64,000 bases of DNA, taken from contig CAWKFD010000030.1 of the NCBI GenBank assembly GCA_963848805.1, forward strand, positions 14,796 through 78,795. The letters are read 5' to 3'. The notes under the pieces were generated by a model. That model was not told where the DNA came from. It did not search any database and worked only from the letters and a program-made list of their open reading frames with translations. This document shows, in pieces, positions 1 to 8,399 of the stretch (position 1 is its first letter; every line of letters starts with the position of its first letter). Source of the DNA: an uncultured Acidobacteriaceae bacterium. GTDB taxonomy: Bacteria; Acidobacteriota; Terriglobia; Terriglobales; Acidobacteriaceae. The translations under genes were made by a program, and so were the position numbers.

Positions 1-805
1 CTGTGGGGGCTGCGCTATGGTAGTCGATACCCAATCCGCCACCGGCATCGATGACCTTGAGCGCAATGCCTTCGCGCCGGAGCTGCCGCACCAGCTTGCT
101 TACGCGCTCGATGGCCGCGCCGAACGGGGCCGCCGAGCGAATCTGCGAGCCGATGTGAACGCTGACTCCGTAGGCCTCGAGCCAGCGGTTGCCGGCGGCG
201 CTCTTGTAAAGCGAAAGCGCGCGACGGATGTCGATGCCGAACTTGTGTTCGCGCAGGCCGGTAGAGATGTAGGGATGGGTATCGGCAAAAACATCGGGAT
301 TCACGCGCAGCGCGAAACGCGCGCGGGCCTTGAGCTTGCGGGCGCGGCGGGCGAGCAGCTCCAGCTCCGCTTCGCTCTCCACATTGAATTGGAGGACTCC
401 GGATTTGAGCGCCAAGTCGATCTCAGGAACGGTTTTTCCTACTCCGGAAAAGACCACGCGGCCGGCGGCTTCAGGCGCGGCGGCGAGAACGCGCTCCAGT
501 TCGCCGCCGGAGACGATGTCGAACCCTGCGCCGCGCTCAGCGAGCAGCTTGAGAATGGCCTGCGCGGAGTTGGCCTTGACCGCGTAGCACACAAGGTGAT
601 CGCGGCCCGCGAGCGCGCGCTGCCCCCCCCCCAGCGCCTCTTGGAAAAGCGCCAGCCGTTCGGCGATCTGGTCTGCCGAGTAGACATAGAGCGGGGTACC
701 GAAGCGCCGGGCGAGCGTTTCGAGAGATACACGGCGCAAAGAAAGCGCGCTGCCGGGCCGCGGATAGTGAAACGGACGCGAGGATGGGGATGCCGGTTGA
801 GCCAC
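1..805 (-). CDS. lysA: Diaminopimelate decarboxylase (runs off the left window edge)
   Basis: Manual minus-strand translation (not in the ORF track): GTG at 805, ...RFGTPLYVYSADQI...DHLVCYAVKANSA... (PLP lysine motif YAVKAN), then FDIVSGGEL and VFSGVGKT, typical of group IV decarboxylases. Confidence 0.93.
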   Translation of the reverse strand, partial: MAQPASPSSRPFHYPRPGSALSLRRVSLETLARRFGTPLYVYSADQIAERLALFQEALGGGQRALAGRDHLVCYAVKANSAQAILKLLAERGAGFDIVSGGELERVLAAAPEAAGRVVFSGVGKTVPEIDLALKSGVLQFNVESEAELELLARRARKLKARARFALRVNPDVFADTHPYISTGLREHKFGIDIRRALSLYKSAAGNRWLEAYGVSVHIGSQIRSAAPFGAAIERVSKLVRQLRREGIALKVIDAGGGLGIDYHSAAPT

Positions 806-909
806 AGATTAAGTCCCAAAAAACTTAGCTGGTTACAACAGCGTACAGCATTCCGGGCGGTGATAGCTCGGAACACATCCCGCCACTCATAAGGCCATAC
901 AATGACTGA

Positions 910-1858
910 ATGGCGGAGTTGCCGCAAGTCGATCTGGTGGGCGTGGGGTTGAACGCCACAGACACGCTGATTGCCCTGCCCGATTACCCGGCTCGCGGCT
1001 CGAAGATGGAGTACCGCACAGCCAGCGTGATGCCGGGAGGGCAGACGGCCACTACGGTAATTGCCTGCCAGACCTGGGGATTGCGCACGCGCTACGTGGG
1101 CAAGCTGGGCGACGACGACGCGGCGCGATTGCACGAGAAGGCCTTCGACCGCGCAGGCGTGGAGGCGCGGCTGATCAAGGTGGCCGGCGGCGTGAGCCCG
1201 CAATCGCTGATCCTGGTGGATGGGGGCGGCGAACGTACGGTGCTGTGCCGGCGCGACGAGCGCATGGCGCTCAAGCCTGAAGAGCTCGATCGCGCGTGGG
1301 TCGAGAATGCGCGCGCGCTGCACGTGGATGGTTACGATACGGCCGCGGCTACGCTGGCCGCAAGCTGGGCTCGTGCCGCGGGCATTCCAGTGATTGCCGA
1401 TCTGGACGAGATTTATCCAGGCGTGGATGAACTAATCGAGAACGTCGATTACCTGATCGTGAGCCGCGATTTTCCCTGCCGCCTGATGGACGATCGCAAC
1501 CTGGAGAATGCGCTGCGCCAGATGCACTCCCGCTACGGATGCCGGGTGAGCGCCGCGACACTGGGACCGGAGGGCGTGCTGGCCTGGGACGGCAAGGCAG
1601 TTGCTGCACAGCGCCGCCTATAGGGTTCCAGTGGTCGACACCACCGGTGCAGGAGATATTTTCCATGCCGGTTTCATCTACGGATTGCTCAAGGATTGGC
1701 CGCTAGCGCGGCAGCTCGATTTTTCCTGCGCGGCAGCGGCGATGAACTGCATGGCGCACGGCGCGCGCGGCGGCATCGAGCCCGTAGACGCCATCGAGAA
1801 CACGATGGCCACGGTGGCGCGCTACGAGAATGCGTACATTGCGGCCTCGTTTGACTGA
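910..1858 (+). CDS. PfkB/ribokinase-family carbohydrate kinase, split by one +1 frameshift near 1598
   Basis: ORF 910..1623 has the N-terminal GVGLNATD and GGQTAT motifs; ORF 1601..1858 carries the C-terminal signature VVDTTGAGDIFHAG. Removing one G joins them (DGKQLLHSAAYRVPVVDTTGAGD). Confidence 0.88.
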
Positions 1859-1986
1859 GGCAGCGACGGCGCTTTTGAAACTTCACCGGGCTTTCGCCCA
1901 TCTATTTAAGATAGAAGCAGCGAGTGAGGGCTGGTGCCCAAACAGGCACTCCTCGAAGCCTTGCACTCGACGACGGAGAGATTTGA

Positions 1987-2761
1987 ATGGCACTGATCAA
2001 GACATCGAATCCGGCACTTGGAAAGAACACGTTCAACGACTTCGCCCAGAGCCAGTACGGCGGCAACCTGGTGGACGCCTCGGCGCGTATGACCTTGAGC
2101 GGCACGGTGAACAAGACCGGCATTCTGCTGCTGTGCGCCGTGGCCACGGCGGCGTGGACGTGGAATTCGTTCATGCAAACGCGCGACCCGAGCACCGTGG
2201 GTCCGGCGATCATGATTGGCGCGTTCGGCGGCCTGATCATGGCCTTCGTCACCATCTTCAAGAAGACGTGGTCGCCGGTGACGGCGCCGATCTACGCGCT
2301 GCTCGAAGGCCTTGTGCTGGGCGGACTGTCCGCTGTGTTCGAAGTGCACTATCCCGGCATTGCCCTGGAGGCCGTGGGCCTGACGTTCGGGACGCTGCTC
2401 GTGCTGCTGCGTGGCCTATAAATCGGGGTTGATCAAAGTGACGCAGAAGTTTCGCCTCGGGGTGGTGGCGGCCACGGGCGGCATCATGCTCTTCTATTTC
2501 CTCACCATGCTGCTTGGTTTCTTTCACATCTCGCTTTTGAGTTCCGTCTACGGCTCCGGACTCATCGGCATTGGCTTCAGCCTCTTCGTGTGCGCGATCG
2601 CCGCGCTTAATCTTGTGCTCGATTTCGACTTTGTGGAGCAAGGCGTGAGTCAAGGCGTTCCCAAGTACATGGAGTGGTACGCGGCCTTCGGCATTATGGT
2701 GACGCTGGTGTGGCTGTACCTGGAGATGCTGCGGTTGCTCTCGAAGGTACGCAGCCGCTAA
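1987..2761 (+). CDS. Bax inhibitor-1/YccA-family membrane protein, one +1 frameshift near 2410
   Basis: ORFs 1987..2421 and 2411..2761: SNPAL N-terminus, MTLSGTVNKT, several TM helices, LVLDFDFVEQG and EWYAAFGIMVTLVWLYLE motifs. Confidence 0.85.
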
Positions 2762-3174
2762 GGCACTTGCGATTCCCCGCGGCGAAATCGGCAGAGAAGC
2801 CAGACTTCCGGCGGCGCTGTGCTTGTGCGGAGTGCCGACGGCTACGATGGGGACGAATCTCACGCCGTTTTCTAAGGAAAACGACCCGCCAAAGGTTGCG
2901 GCTCCGTTCTATTCCAATTGGAGAATCGCTATAATGTCCTACTTTTCCGATCAAAATTTAACTTCTTGACATTTTTTCGGCAAAGTTGTTTCCTTACAGT
3001 AACGTTTCTTCCACCTCCAGCCAAGAGCCCAATTCCAAGGGCCTTCTTGCGTTGTTGAATGGGAAACTCGCTCAGACGAACAGGTATCGGGCGTGCCGGC
3101 CGCTCCAATCCGGGCTTCATTTTTCGAGCACCGCCCCACCACGTCGAGCAAGCTCCCACCAAAGCAGTTCCAGT

Positions 3175-3561
3175 ATGCATGTTCCAATTCCTGCGGTTAG
3201 TGAGGCGGCATTCGCCCGTGAGCGAGTACCTCTGAACCAGCGCAGGTTCCGGGACGACAATCGTGGAACTCCTGTGAGCGCACCGAGGCCAGCCTGGGCT
3301 CGGAACGCGCCAACTGCGTCGCTGGAGGGAATCGTGCTCCGTTGCTGGTTCAGTCTTGCGTTCGTATTACCACTGGTTGGCGTCGCGCTTAGACGCCGGC
3401 GTGCAGGCGGATTCGATCACCAGAGACTTTGGGCATCGAATGAGTTCGGGTTCGCACATGCCATCGAGGCGTATGAGGAACTGATCGATTCTCATGTGGC
3501 GTATGCCTCCACCCCAAGGACTAAGACCTGTCCCTGGGGACCCCGGTGGAGGCCAAGGTGA
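3175..3561 (+). CDS. Possible small hypothetical protein upstream of the glycosyltransferase
   Basis: Open frame (part of ORF 2986..3561) with one hydrophobic stretch. Its tail (TPRTKTCPWGPR) is translated from a palindromic repeat. No recognisable family. Confidence 0.25.
   Translation: MHVPIPAVSEAAFARERVPLNQRRFRDDNRGTPVSAPRPAWARNAPTASLEGIVLRCWFSLAFVLPLVGVALRRRRAGGFDHQRLWASNEFGFAHAIEAYEELIDSHVAYASTPRTKTCPWGPRWRPR
3507..3546 (-). repeat. REP-like palindromic element, family A
   Basis: Reverse complement CCGGGGTCCCCAGGGACAGGTCTTAGTCCTTGGGGTGGAG forms a hairpin and aligns with the two 42-bp units inside xerD (39954..40037). Confidence 0.75.
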
Positions 3562-4736
3562 GCCACGTTGCGATTGCGATTCCCGGCGTGGACCGCATTG
3601 GCGGCGCCGAACGGCAGGCGATGCTGCTGGCGAAGGGGCAGCGCGAGCGCGGCTGGCGGGTGAGCGTGGTGGCGCTTTCCGGCTGCGGCGGCGGCGCGGC
3701 AGCCAATGAATTGCGGAGCGCAGGCGTTCAATTCGTCAGCCTGGAAATGCGCAAGGGCCTTTGGGATCCGCGGGGATGGATTCGCTTCAATCGATGGCTT
3801 TGGCGCGAGCGGCCCGACGTGGTGCACGCGCACCTGCCGCACGCCGCGTGGCTGGCACGGTGGTCGCGGCTTGTTGCGCCTGACGCGGTGGTTGTGGACA
3901 CACTGCACAGTTCGCACACCGGAACGATGGGGCGGCGGGCCGGTTATCGCACCAGTAGCTGGCTAGCGGACCACGTAACGGCAGTGAGCCAGGCCACGGC
4001 GGAATCTCATCTTGCCGCAGGGATGGTGAGCGAAAAAAAACTGACCGTGCTCGGGAACGGGATCGAATTGGACGCCTGGCGGCCGGATGTGGCGGCGCGA
4101 ACCGCAGTGCGCCGAGAGCTTCGTCTGGCCGACGAGTTCTTGTGGCTGGCCGCGGGGCGTCTGGATCGGGTGAAGGACTATCCGACACTGCTGAACGCCT
4201 TTGTGAGTGCGCCTGCGACGGCGCGGCTTCTGATTGCGGGCACGGGGCCTCTCGAAGCCGAACTGGTGCAGCTTGCCAAGCGACTCGGCCTGGAGCAGCG
4301 CGTGCATTTTCTCGGCTTCGAGCCGAATGTGCGGCGCTGGATGCAGGCAGCAGATGGATTCGTGCTGTCGTCGCGCTACGAGGGCCTGCCGATGGTGCTG
4401 CTGGAGGCAGGCGCCTGCGGCTTGCCCGCCGTGGCCACCGATGTCGCCGGCACGCGCGAGGTGATTGTGAACGAAAGGACAGGGTGGCTGGCGCGCGCGG
4501 GCGATGCGAACGCGCTGGCGCAAGCCATGGCTAAGCTGATGCACGCGCCAGCCGAGGAACGGCGCGCCATGGGTGAACGCGCGCGCAGGATGGTGCGCGA
4601 GCGCTTCAGCATGGAAACCGTGCTCGACCGGTGGGAGCAGCTTTACGCTGAGTTGCTCGATCGGAAGAGCGCAGGGCGGCGGATGCGCCTAACCGTCCGC
4701 GAGGATTTGAGACGCCAGAGCGCCGCTTCAGCCTGA
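3546..4736 (+). CDS. Glycosyltransferase family 4 (GT-B fold)
   Basis: GGAERQ N-terminal motif, PDVVHAH, GRLDRVKDY, SRYEGLPMVLLEAGACGLPAVATDVAG (E-x7-E motif). Start codon uncertain. Confidence 0.92.
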   Translation: MEAKVSHVAIAIPGVDRIGGAERQAMLLAKGQRERGWRVSVVALSGCGGGAAANELRSAGVQFVSLEMRKGLWDPRGWIRFNRWLWRERPDVVHAHLPHAAWLARWSRLVAPDAVVVDTLHSSHTGTMGRRAGYRTSSWLADHVTAVSQATAESHLAAGMVSEKKLTVLGNGIELDAWRPDVAARTAVRRELRLADEFLWLAAGRLDRVKDYPTLLNAFVSAPATARLLIAGTGPLEAELVQLAKRLGLEQRVHFLGFEPNVRRWMQAADGFVLSSRYEGLPMVLLEAGACGLPAVATDVAGTREVIVNERTGWLARAGDANALAQAMAKLMHAPAEERRAMGERARRMVRERFSMETVLDRWEQLYAELLDRKSAGRRMRLTVREDLRRQSAASA

Positions 4737-5431
4737 AGGCGCTCAGGCAGGGTCAAGGTGGCAGGCTGAAACCGGAAGAGTACACGATCGAGGGAAGTGA
4801 ATTGAGCCGCGTGGGCGGCCAGAAAGCCGCATAATCGTTCAATGTCCGCGTCCGTTGCGGTGTTCGAGTGGATGCAGATGGTCCAGATACCTTTTCGCTT
4901 CTCTACAGGGCCCCAAAGCTGCTGCGGAATCCACATAATGCCGCCGCGGCGATGCGGCCTGCGCGCAAAACCGTCGGACAGCAGATGAATTCCTTCCGCG
5001 AGGAGAACGGCGAGCGTATGCGCATCGAAGCCGTGACGCGGAGCGACCCAAACTTTAGGGCTGAGGCCTTGGCTGCGGAGGATGTGCAGCCCGTGGTGGA
5101 TCCATGCGCGCTGCGTGTCGGGGGCGACGCCGGCAAACTCCGACGTGCGGTGGAGACCGAGCAGGCTGCGGCCGCGGCTGTGGCAGAGATGGCGGTAGCC
5201 GTGCAGGCCTATCGCGGCCCCGGCGGATTCGAGAGTGCGCATCTGGTGCCAGAAGGAGGGGTTGGGCGACGAGACTTGCAGGGCGGGGTCGCGATTTTGG
5301 GGAACGACGGCAAGAATCGGCTGCAGACGAAACTCTTCGATGAGGGACCGGAAGCGCCGCCAGCGCTCGCGAGAGACGGTCGGGCAGAGATCGTCGAAGC
5401 GAAGAAGATACTGTGCCGGGATTGGAATCAT
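4643..5431 (-). CDS. DUF2334/polysaccharide deacetylase-like protein
   Basis: C-terminal 262 aa of ORF 4643..6475 from ATG 5431 (ATGA overlap with the flippase stop): LLRFDDLCP, PILAVVP, IGLHGYRH, WVAPRH (NodB-like metal motifs). Confidence 0.78.
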   Translation of the reverse strand: MIPIPAQYLLRFDDLCPTVSRERWRRFRSLIEEFRLQPILAVVPQNRDPALQVSSPNPSFWHQMRTLESAGAAIGLHGYRHLCHSRGRSLLGLHRTSEFAGVAPDTQRAWIHHGLHILRSQGLSPKVWVAPRHGFDAHTLAVLLAEGIHLLSDGFARRPHRRGGIMWIPQQLWGPVEKRKGIWTICIHSNTATDADIERLCGFLAAHAAQFTSLDRVLFRFQPATLTLPERLQAEAALWRLKSSRTVRRIRRPALFRSSNSA

Positions 5432-6807
5432 TCGGATGCCTCCATTGTGGCCGCTCGCGCCAGAAGCTTTCGGCTCCAGTACCAGAGATAGAAGAACGTG
5501 CTGACGGTCCACAGCGATGTAGCGAGCGCGATTCCAGCCACGCCGAAACAGTGCATGAGCACGAGATTGAGCACAATATCGAGGCCGAGGTTGAGGATGC
5601 CGCAGTAGAGGACGAGATCGGTGCGGCGCATGGCAACCAGAAATCGGTAATAGACGCGGCTGGTGACAAAAAACGGAATCTGGATGGCGTACATGCCGAG
5701 CACCGAACCCACGACGGCGGTATCGCGCGGGCCGAAGTTGCCGTGCTGAAAGGCGATACGCACCAGCGGGCGCGCATTTGCGATGAGAGCGACGGCGACG
5801 GGGACCGAGACGAATGCGGTGAGCCTGACCCAGGCGCGAAGCGTGTGGCGGCAACCGGCCCAATCGCGGTGAGCGATCATGCGGGAAAAGTAGGGCACGA
5901 TGGCAGTGGAAACAGCGCCGGCCAGAAGCGTAACCACTACGCCCACGAAACGATTGGAATAGACCAGCGCAGAGACGCTGCCCGCAGGGAGCATGGCGGC
6001 CATCGACTGATCGACGAGCAGGCCGCCCGAAGCTACCACGCAGCTCAATAACACTGGGCCATATTGCCCGGCCACTTCGCGCGTGGCTTGGGTCATGCCA
6101 TACCACCGAAGGCGAAACCGATAGCCCCGCGCCTGCATCATGCAGGCGACGATCGTCGCGTGCATGAGCGAGCCGGCAAGAGTGGCGTAGACCATGGCCC
6201 AAATGCCGAATCGCGCGCCGAACAGGAGCGCGCCCGCAAGGACTGAAACGGAGATCACAATGGGCGCGAGGGCCGGAAGGGCGAAGCGATCGAGAGTGTT
6301 GAGAACCGCAGTGCAGTTGGTGGCGATGCCGGTGATGAGTACGATGGGCAGAAGACCGTAGAAGAGACGGACAGCGAGTTCGAGCTTGGCCGGCGGGAAG
6401 CGCGAAGCGATAAGCGGGAAGAAGCCATGAGCCAGAAGCGCCATCACCGCCGACGCTAGCCCCAAGAGCAGACACATCCAGAGCATGGAACTGGAGAGGA
6501 GTTGCTGCGCGCGATCGTGGCCCTCCTGTTCCCTCACCCGGACCAGGGTGGACACGAGCGCCTGATTCATGGACTCGGAAATGAGATTGACCAGCAGGCT
6601 GGGAATGAGCGCCGCGGCGAGAAAGGCGTCCATGGCGTCGGAGCGGCCATAGACCGAGGCAACCGCGATTTCCTTGAAGGTGGCGACGAGCTTGACTACT
6701 ATGCCGACGGCGCCGACCGACATAGCGGCGCGTAAGATGCTGCGATTGATGCCCGCGGCTCTATGGGGCGGAAAAATCTCCCGCCATCCTTGCGAAAGCG
6801 TCGACAT
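5428..6807 (-). CDS. MurJ/MviN-like (MOP superfamily) flippase within the polysaccharide locus
   Basis: 459 aa, about 12-14 TM helices; FKEIAVASVYGRSDAMDAFLAA, VDQSMAAML, GSVSALVYSNR resemble MviN motifs. Confidence 0.8.
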   Translation of the reverse strand: MSTLSQGWREIFPPHRAAGINRSILRAAMSVGAVGIVVKLVATFKEIAVASVYGRSDAMDAFLAAALIPSLLVNLISESMNQALVSTLVRVREQEGHDRAQQLLSSSMLWMCLLLGLASAVMALLAHGFFPLIASRFPPAKLELAVRLFYGLLPIVLITGIATNCTAVLNTLDRFALPALAPIVISVSVLAGALLFGARFGIWAMVYATLAGSLMHATIVACMMQARGYRFRLRWYGMTQATREVAGQYGPVLLSCVVASGGLLVDQSMAAMLPAGSVSALVYSNRFVGVVVTLLAGAVSTAIVPYFSRMIAHRDWAGCRHTLRAWVRLTAFVSVPVAVALIANARPLVRIAFQHGNFGPRDTAVVGSVLGMYAIQIPFFVTSRVYYRFLVAMRRTDLVLYCGILNLGLDIVLNLVLMHCFGVAGIALATSLWTVSTFFYLWYWSRKLLARAATMEASE

Positions 6808-6849
6808 AGCGTAACTCGAACGTCAGATCAGGGTAAAATTTGAGGCAAT

Positions 6850-7125
6850 TCAGGCGGCCAGTTGTTTGATTTTCGGGCGCTTTTTTTTGATTGCAATCGA
6901 CACGTCGTATTGAAGCTGAGCTTTGGAGAAAAAGTCGGGTGACAGCCCCAGCGCCTGGCCCAGCCGGATACTGAGGTCTACGGTCACTGCGGTGCGTCCG
7001 TTGAGGATGCGAGAGATGGTGGCGCGTGCCACGCCGATGCACGCGGCCAGCTCCGTTACGGTAGTCTTGCCCAGAAAATCTCTCAGAAGCTCACCGGGGC
7101 TCGCTGGGTTGCGCATCATCGCCAT
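6850..7125 (-). CDS. higA: HigA-family antitoxin / XRE HTH protein (no adjacent toxin)
   Basis: MMRNPASPGELLRDFL...TVTELAACIGVARATISRILNGRTAVTVDLSIRLGQALG...F..AQLQYD matches the HigA/VapI pattern; GGAGG RBS. Confidence 0.85.
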   Translation of the reverse strand: MAMMRNPASPGELLRDFLGKTTVTELAACIGVARATISRILNGRTAVTVDLSIRLGQALGLSPDFFSKAQLQYDVSIAIKKKRPKIKQLAA

Positions 7126-7143
7126 ACCTCCTCACTCCCCGCA

Positions 7144-8388
7144 TTATGTAACATATGGTGTTACACCTCCACAAGCTTGAAGAGTCTCGCGAATCGGATG
7201 CCGGACGCGAGGCGACGCTCGAAAAGAGGCGGCGAGACCGTTTGGATCTTCGGTTGCAAGGCGCGCGGCGAGGGCAATTACGGCAAAAAGCAGCCATGTG
7301 GTCCGGCTCTCCTCGACAGTGGCGGCGAGCGATGTGACAGCCCAAGCCGACAGCGCCGTAATCAGAGTCACGCGTAGTGGGCCATGAGTTTCGATCGCGG
7401 AGCACGCGGCCAGAGCGACGAGGAGAGTGGCCAGAGACAAAGCGCAGAGCCCTCCGCCAACAGCAATCGAAAGCGCTGTATTGTGCGCCGTGTCGATGGG
7501 TGACAGATGCGCGGCGGCGACGAAAGAGCCGGCGCCCGTGCCGAATAGCGGCGCATGGATAAAGGCACGCCAGCCGGCAGACCAGATGTTGAGCCGCTGA
7601 TTCAGATCGCCGCTTCGCAGTTGCTCGGGGATGGTGGCGAGGCGAGCGAAGGTGGCGCTGGGAACGATGAACCAGAGCGCAGCCAGAAAGGGCGGCAGGG
7701 CAAAAACTCCGGCCACCACACGCCCAGGGTGGCCCCGCGTGAGGAGAACGGCGGAGCCGGCAAGCGCGACCAGCGCAGCCAGAAACCCCGAGCGCGAAGC
7801 AGTGAGGAGCACGGCGACGAGGCCCACAGGCAAAAACCCGAGAGCCAACAGGCGGGCGAGCTTGGTGTGCTCGCACTCCAGGAGCAGAGCCGCGAATGGA
7901 AAGCCGAGATCGAGAAAACGGGCAACATCGTTGGGATCCTGACCATAGGCGGCAAAGCGGAACTGGCCCGCGGCAATGGCTTCAGGCGAGCGGAAGGCAA
8001 CCAGAGTGAGGGCAGCCAACACCCACGAGCCGGCCACGAAGGCACGCAAAAGGCCGCGCAGATCGGCCGGGGTATCGGCAAATTCCCAAACCAGCCAGAC
8101 GATCATTACTTCCTGAAAGGAAGAGCGGATTTTTTCGAGCGTCGCGGCGTCGTCGATGGTCCAGAAATAGGAACAGCAGATCGAGAGATACAAGACAAGC
8201 GTGAGCCAGCAGAACGCGCCGGGATTGCGCATGCGACCGGCCTGAAAAACTGCCGGAACGGCGGCTAGAAGCGCGAGCAGACCCGCGATGCGGGCCACGT
8301 TGCCCAGCGGTTCGCCGAGATCGAGGGAGTACTCCCAAGGGATGGCGAAGGCGAAGACGAGGAGCAGAACCCACGCGATACGGCGCAT
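7144..8388 (-). CDS. O-antigen ligase/Wzy-type polysaccharide polymerase
   Basis: Starts MRRIAWVLLLVFAFAIPWE at ATG 8388; multi-TM, with QDPND, LTASRSG, RLNIW, PLFGTGAGSF and AHNT motifs of the Wzy_C family. Confidence 0.85.
   Translation of the reverse strand: MRRIAWVLLLVFAFAIPWEYSLDLGEPLGNVARIAGLLALLAAVPAVFQAGRMRNPGAFCWLTLVLYLSICCSYFWTIDDAATLEKIRSSFQEVMIVWLVWEFADTPADLRGLLRAFVAGSWVLAALTLVAFRSPEAIAAGQFRFAAYGQDPNDVARFLDLGFPFAALLLECEHTKLARLLALGFLPVGLVAVLLTASRSGFLAALVALAGSAVLLTRGHPGRVVAGVFALPPFLAALWFIVPSATFARLATIPEQLRSGDLNQRLNIWSAGWRAFIHAPLFGTGAGSFVAAAHLSPIDTAHNTALSIAVGGGLCALSLATLLVALAACSAIETHGPLRVTLITALSAWAVTSLAATVEESRTTWLLFAVIALAARLATEDPNGLAASFRASPRVRHPIRETLQACGGVTPYVT
7147..7165. promoter_or_regulatory. 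Perfect inverted repeat TGTAACA-N5-TGTTACA, probable HigA operator
   Basis: Seen directly about 20-40 bp upstream of the higA start; overlaps the last codons of the wzy-like gene. Confidence 0.6.
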
Positions 8389-8399
8389 AGCAGCTCCTG

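Noticed and set aside
17-892. 291-aa plus-strand ORF
   Set aside because: Antisense shadow of lysA.
4643-4736. 94-bp convergent overlap of the GT4 and DUF2334 3' ends
   Set aside because: Both tails are low-information extensions; such overlaps are common in GC-rich genomes.
4643-6475. 610-aa minus-strand ORF
   Set aside because: The first ~350 aa are an alternative frame of the flippase; only the part from ATG 5431 has deacetylase motifs.
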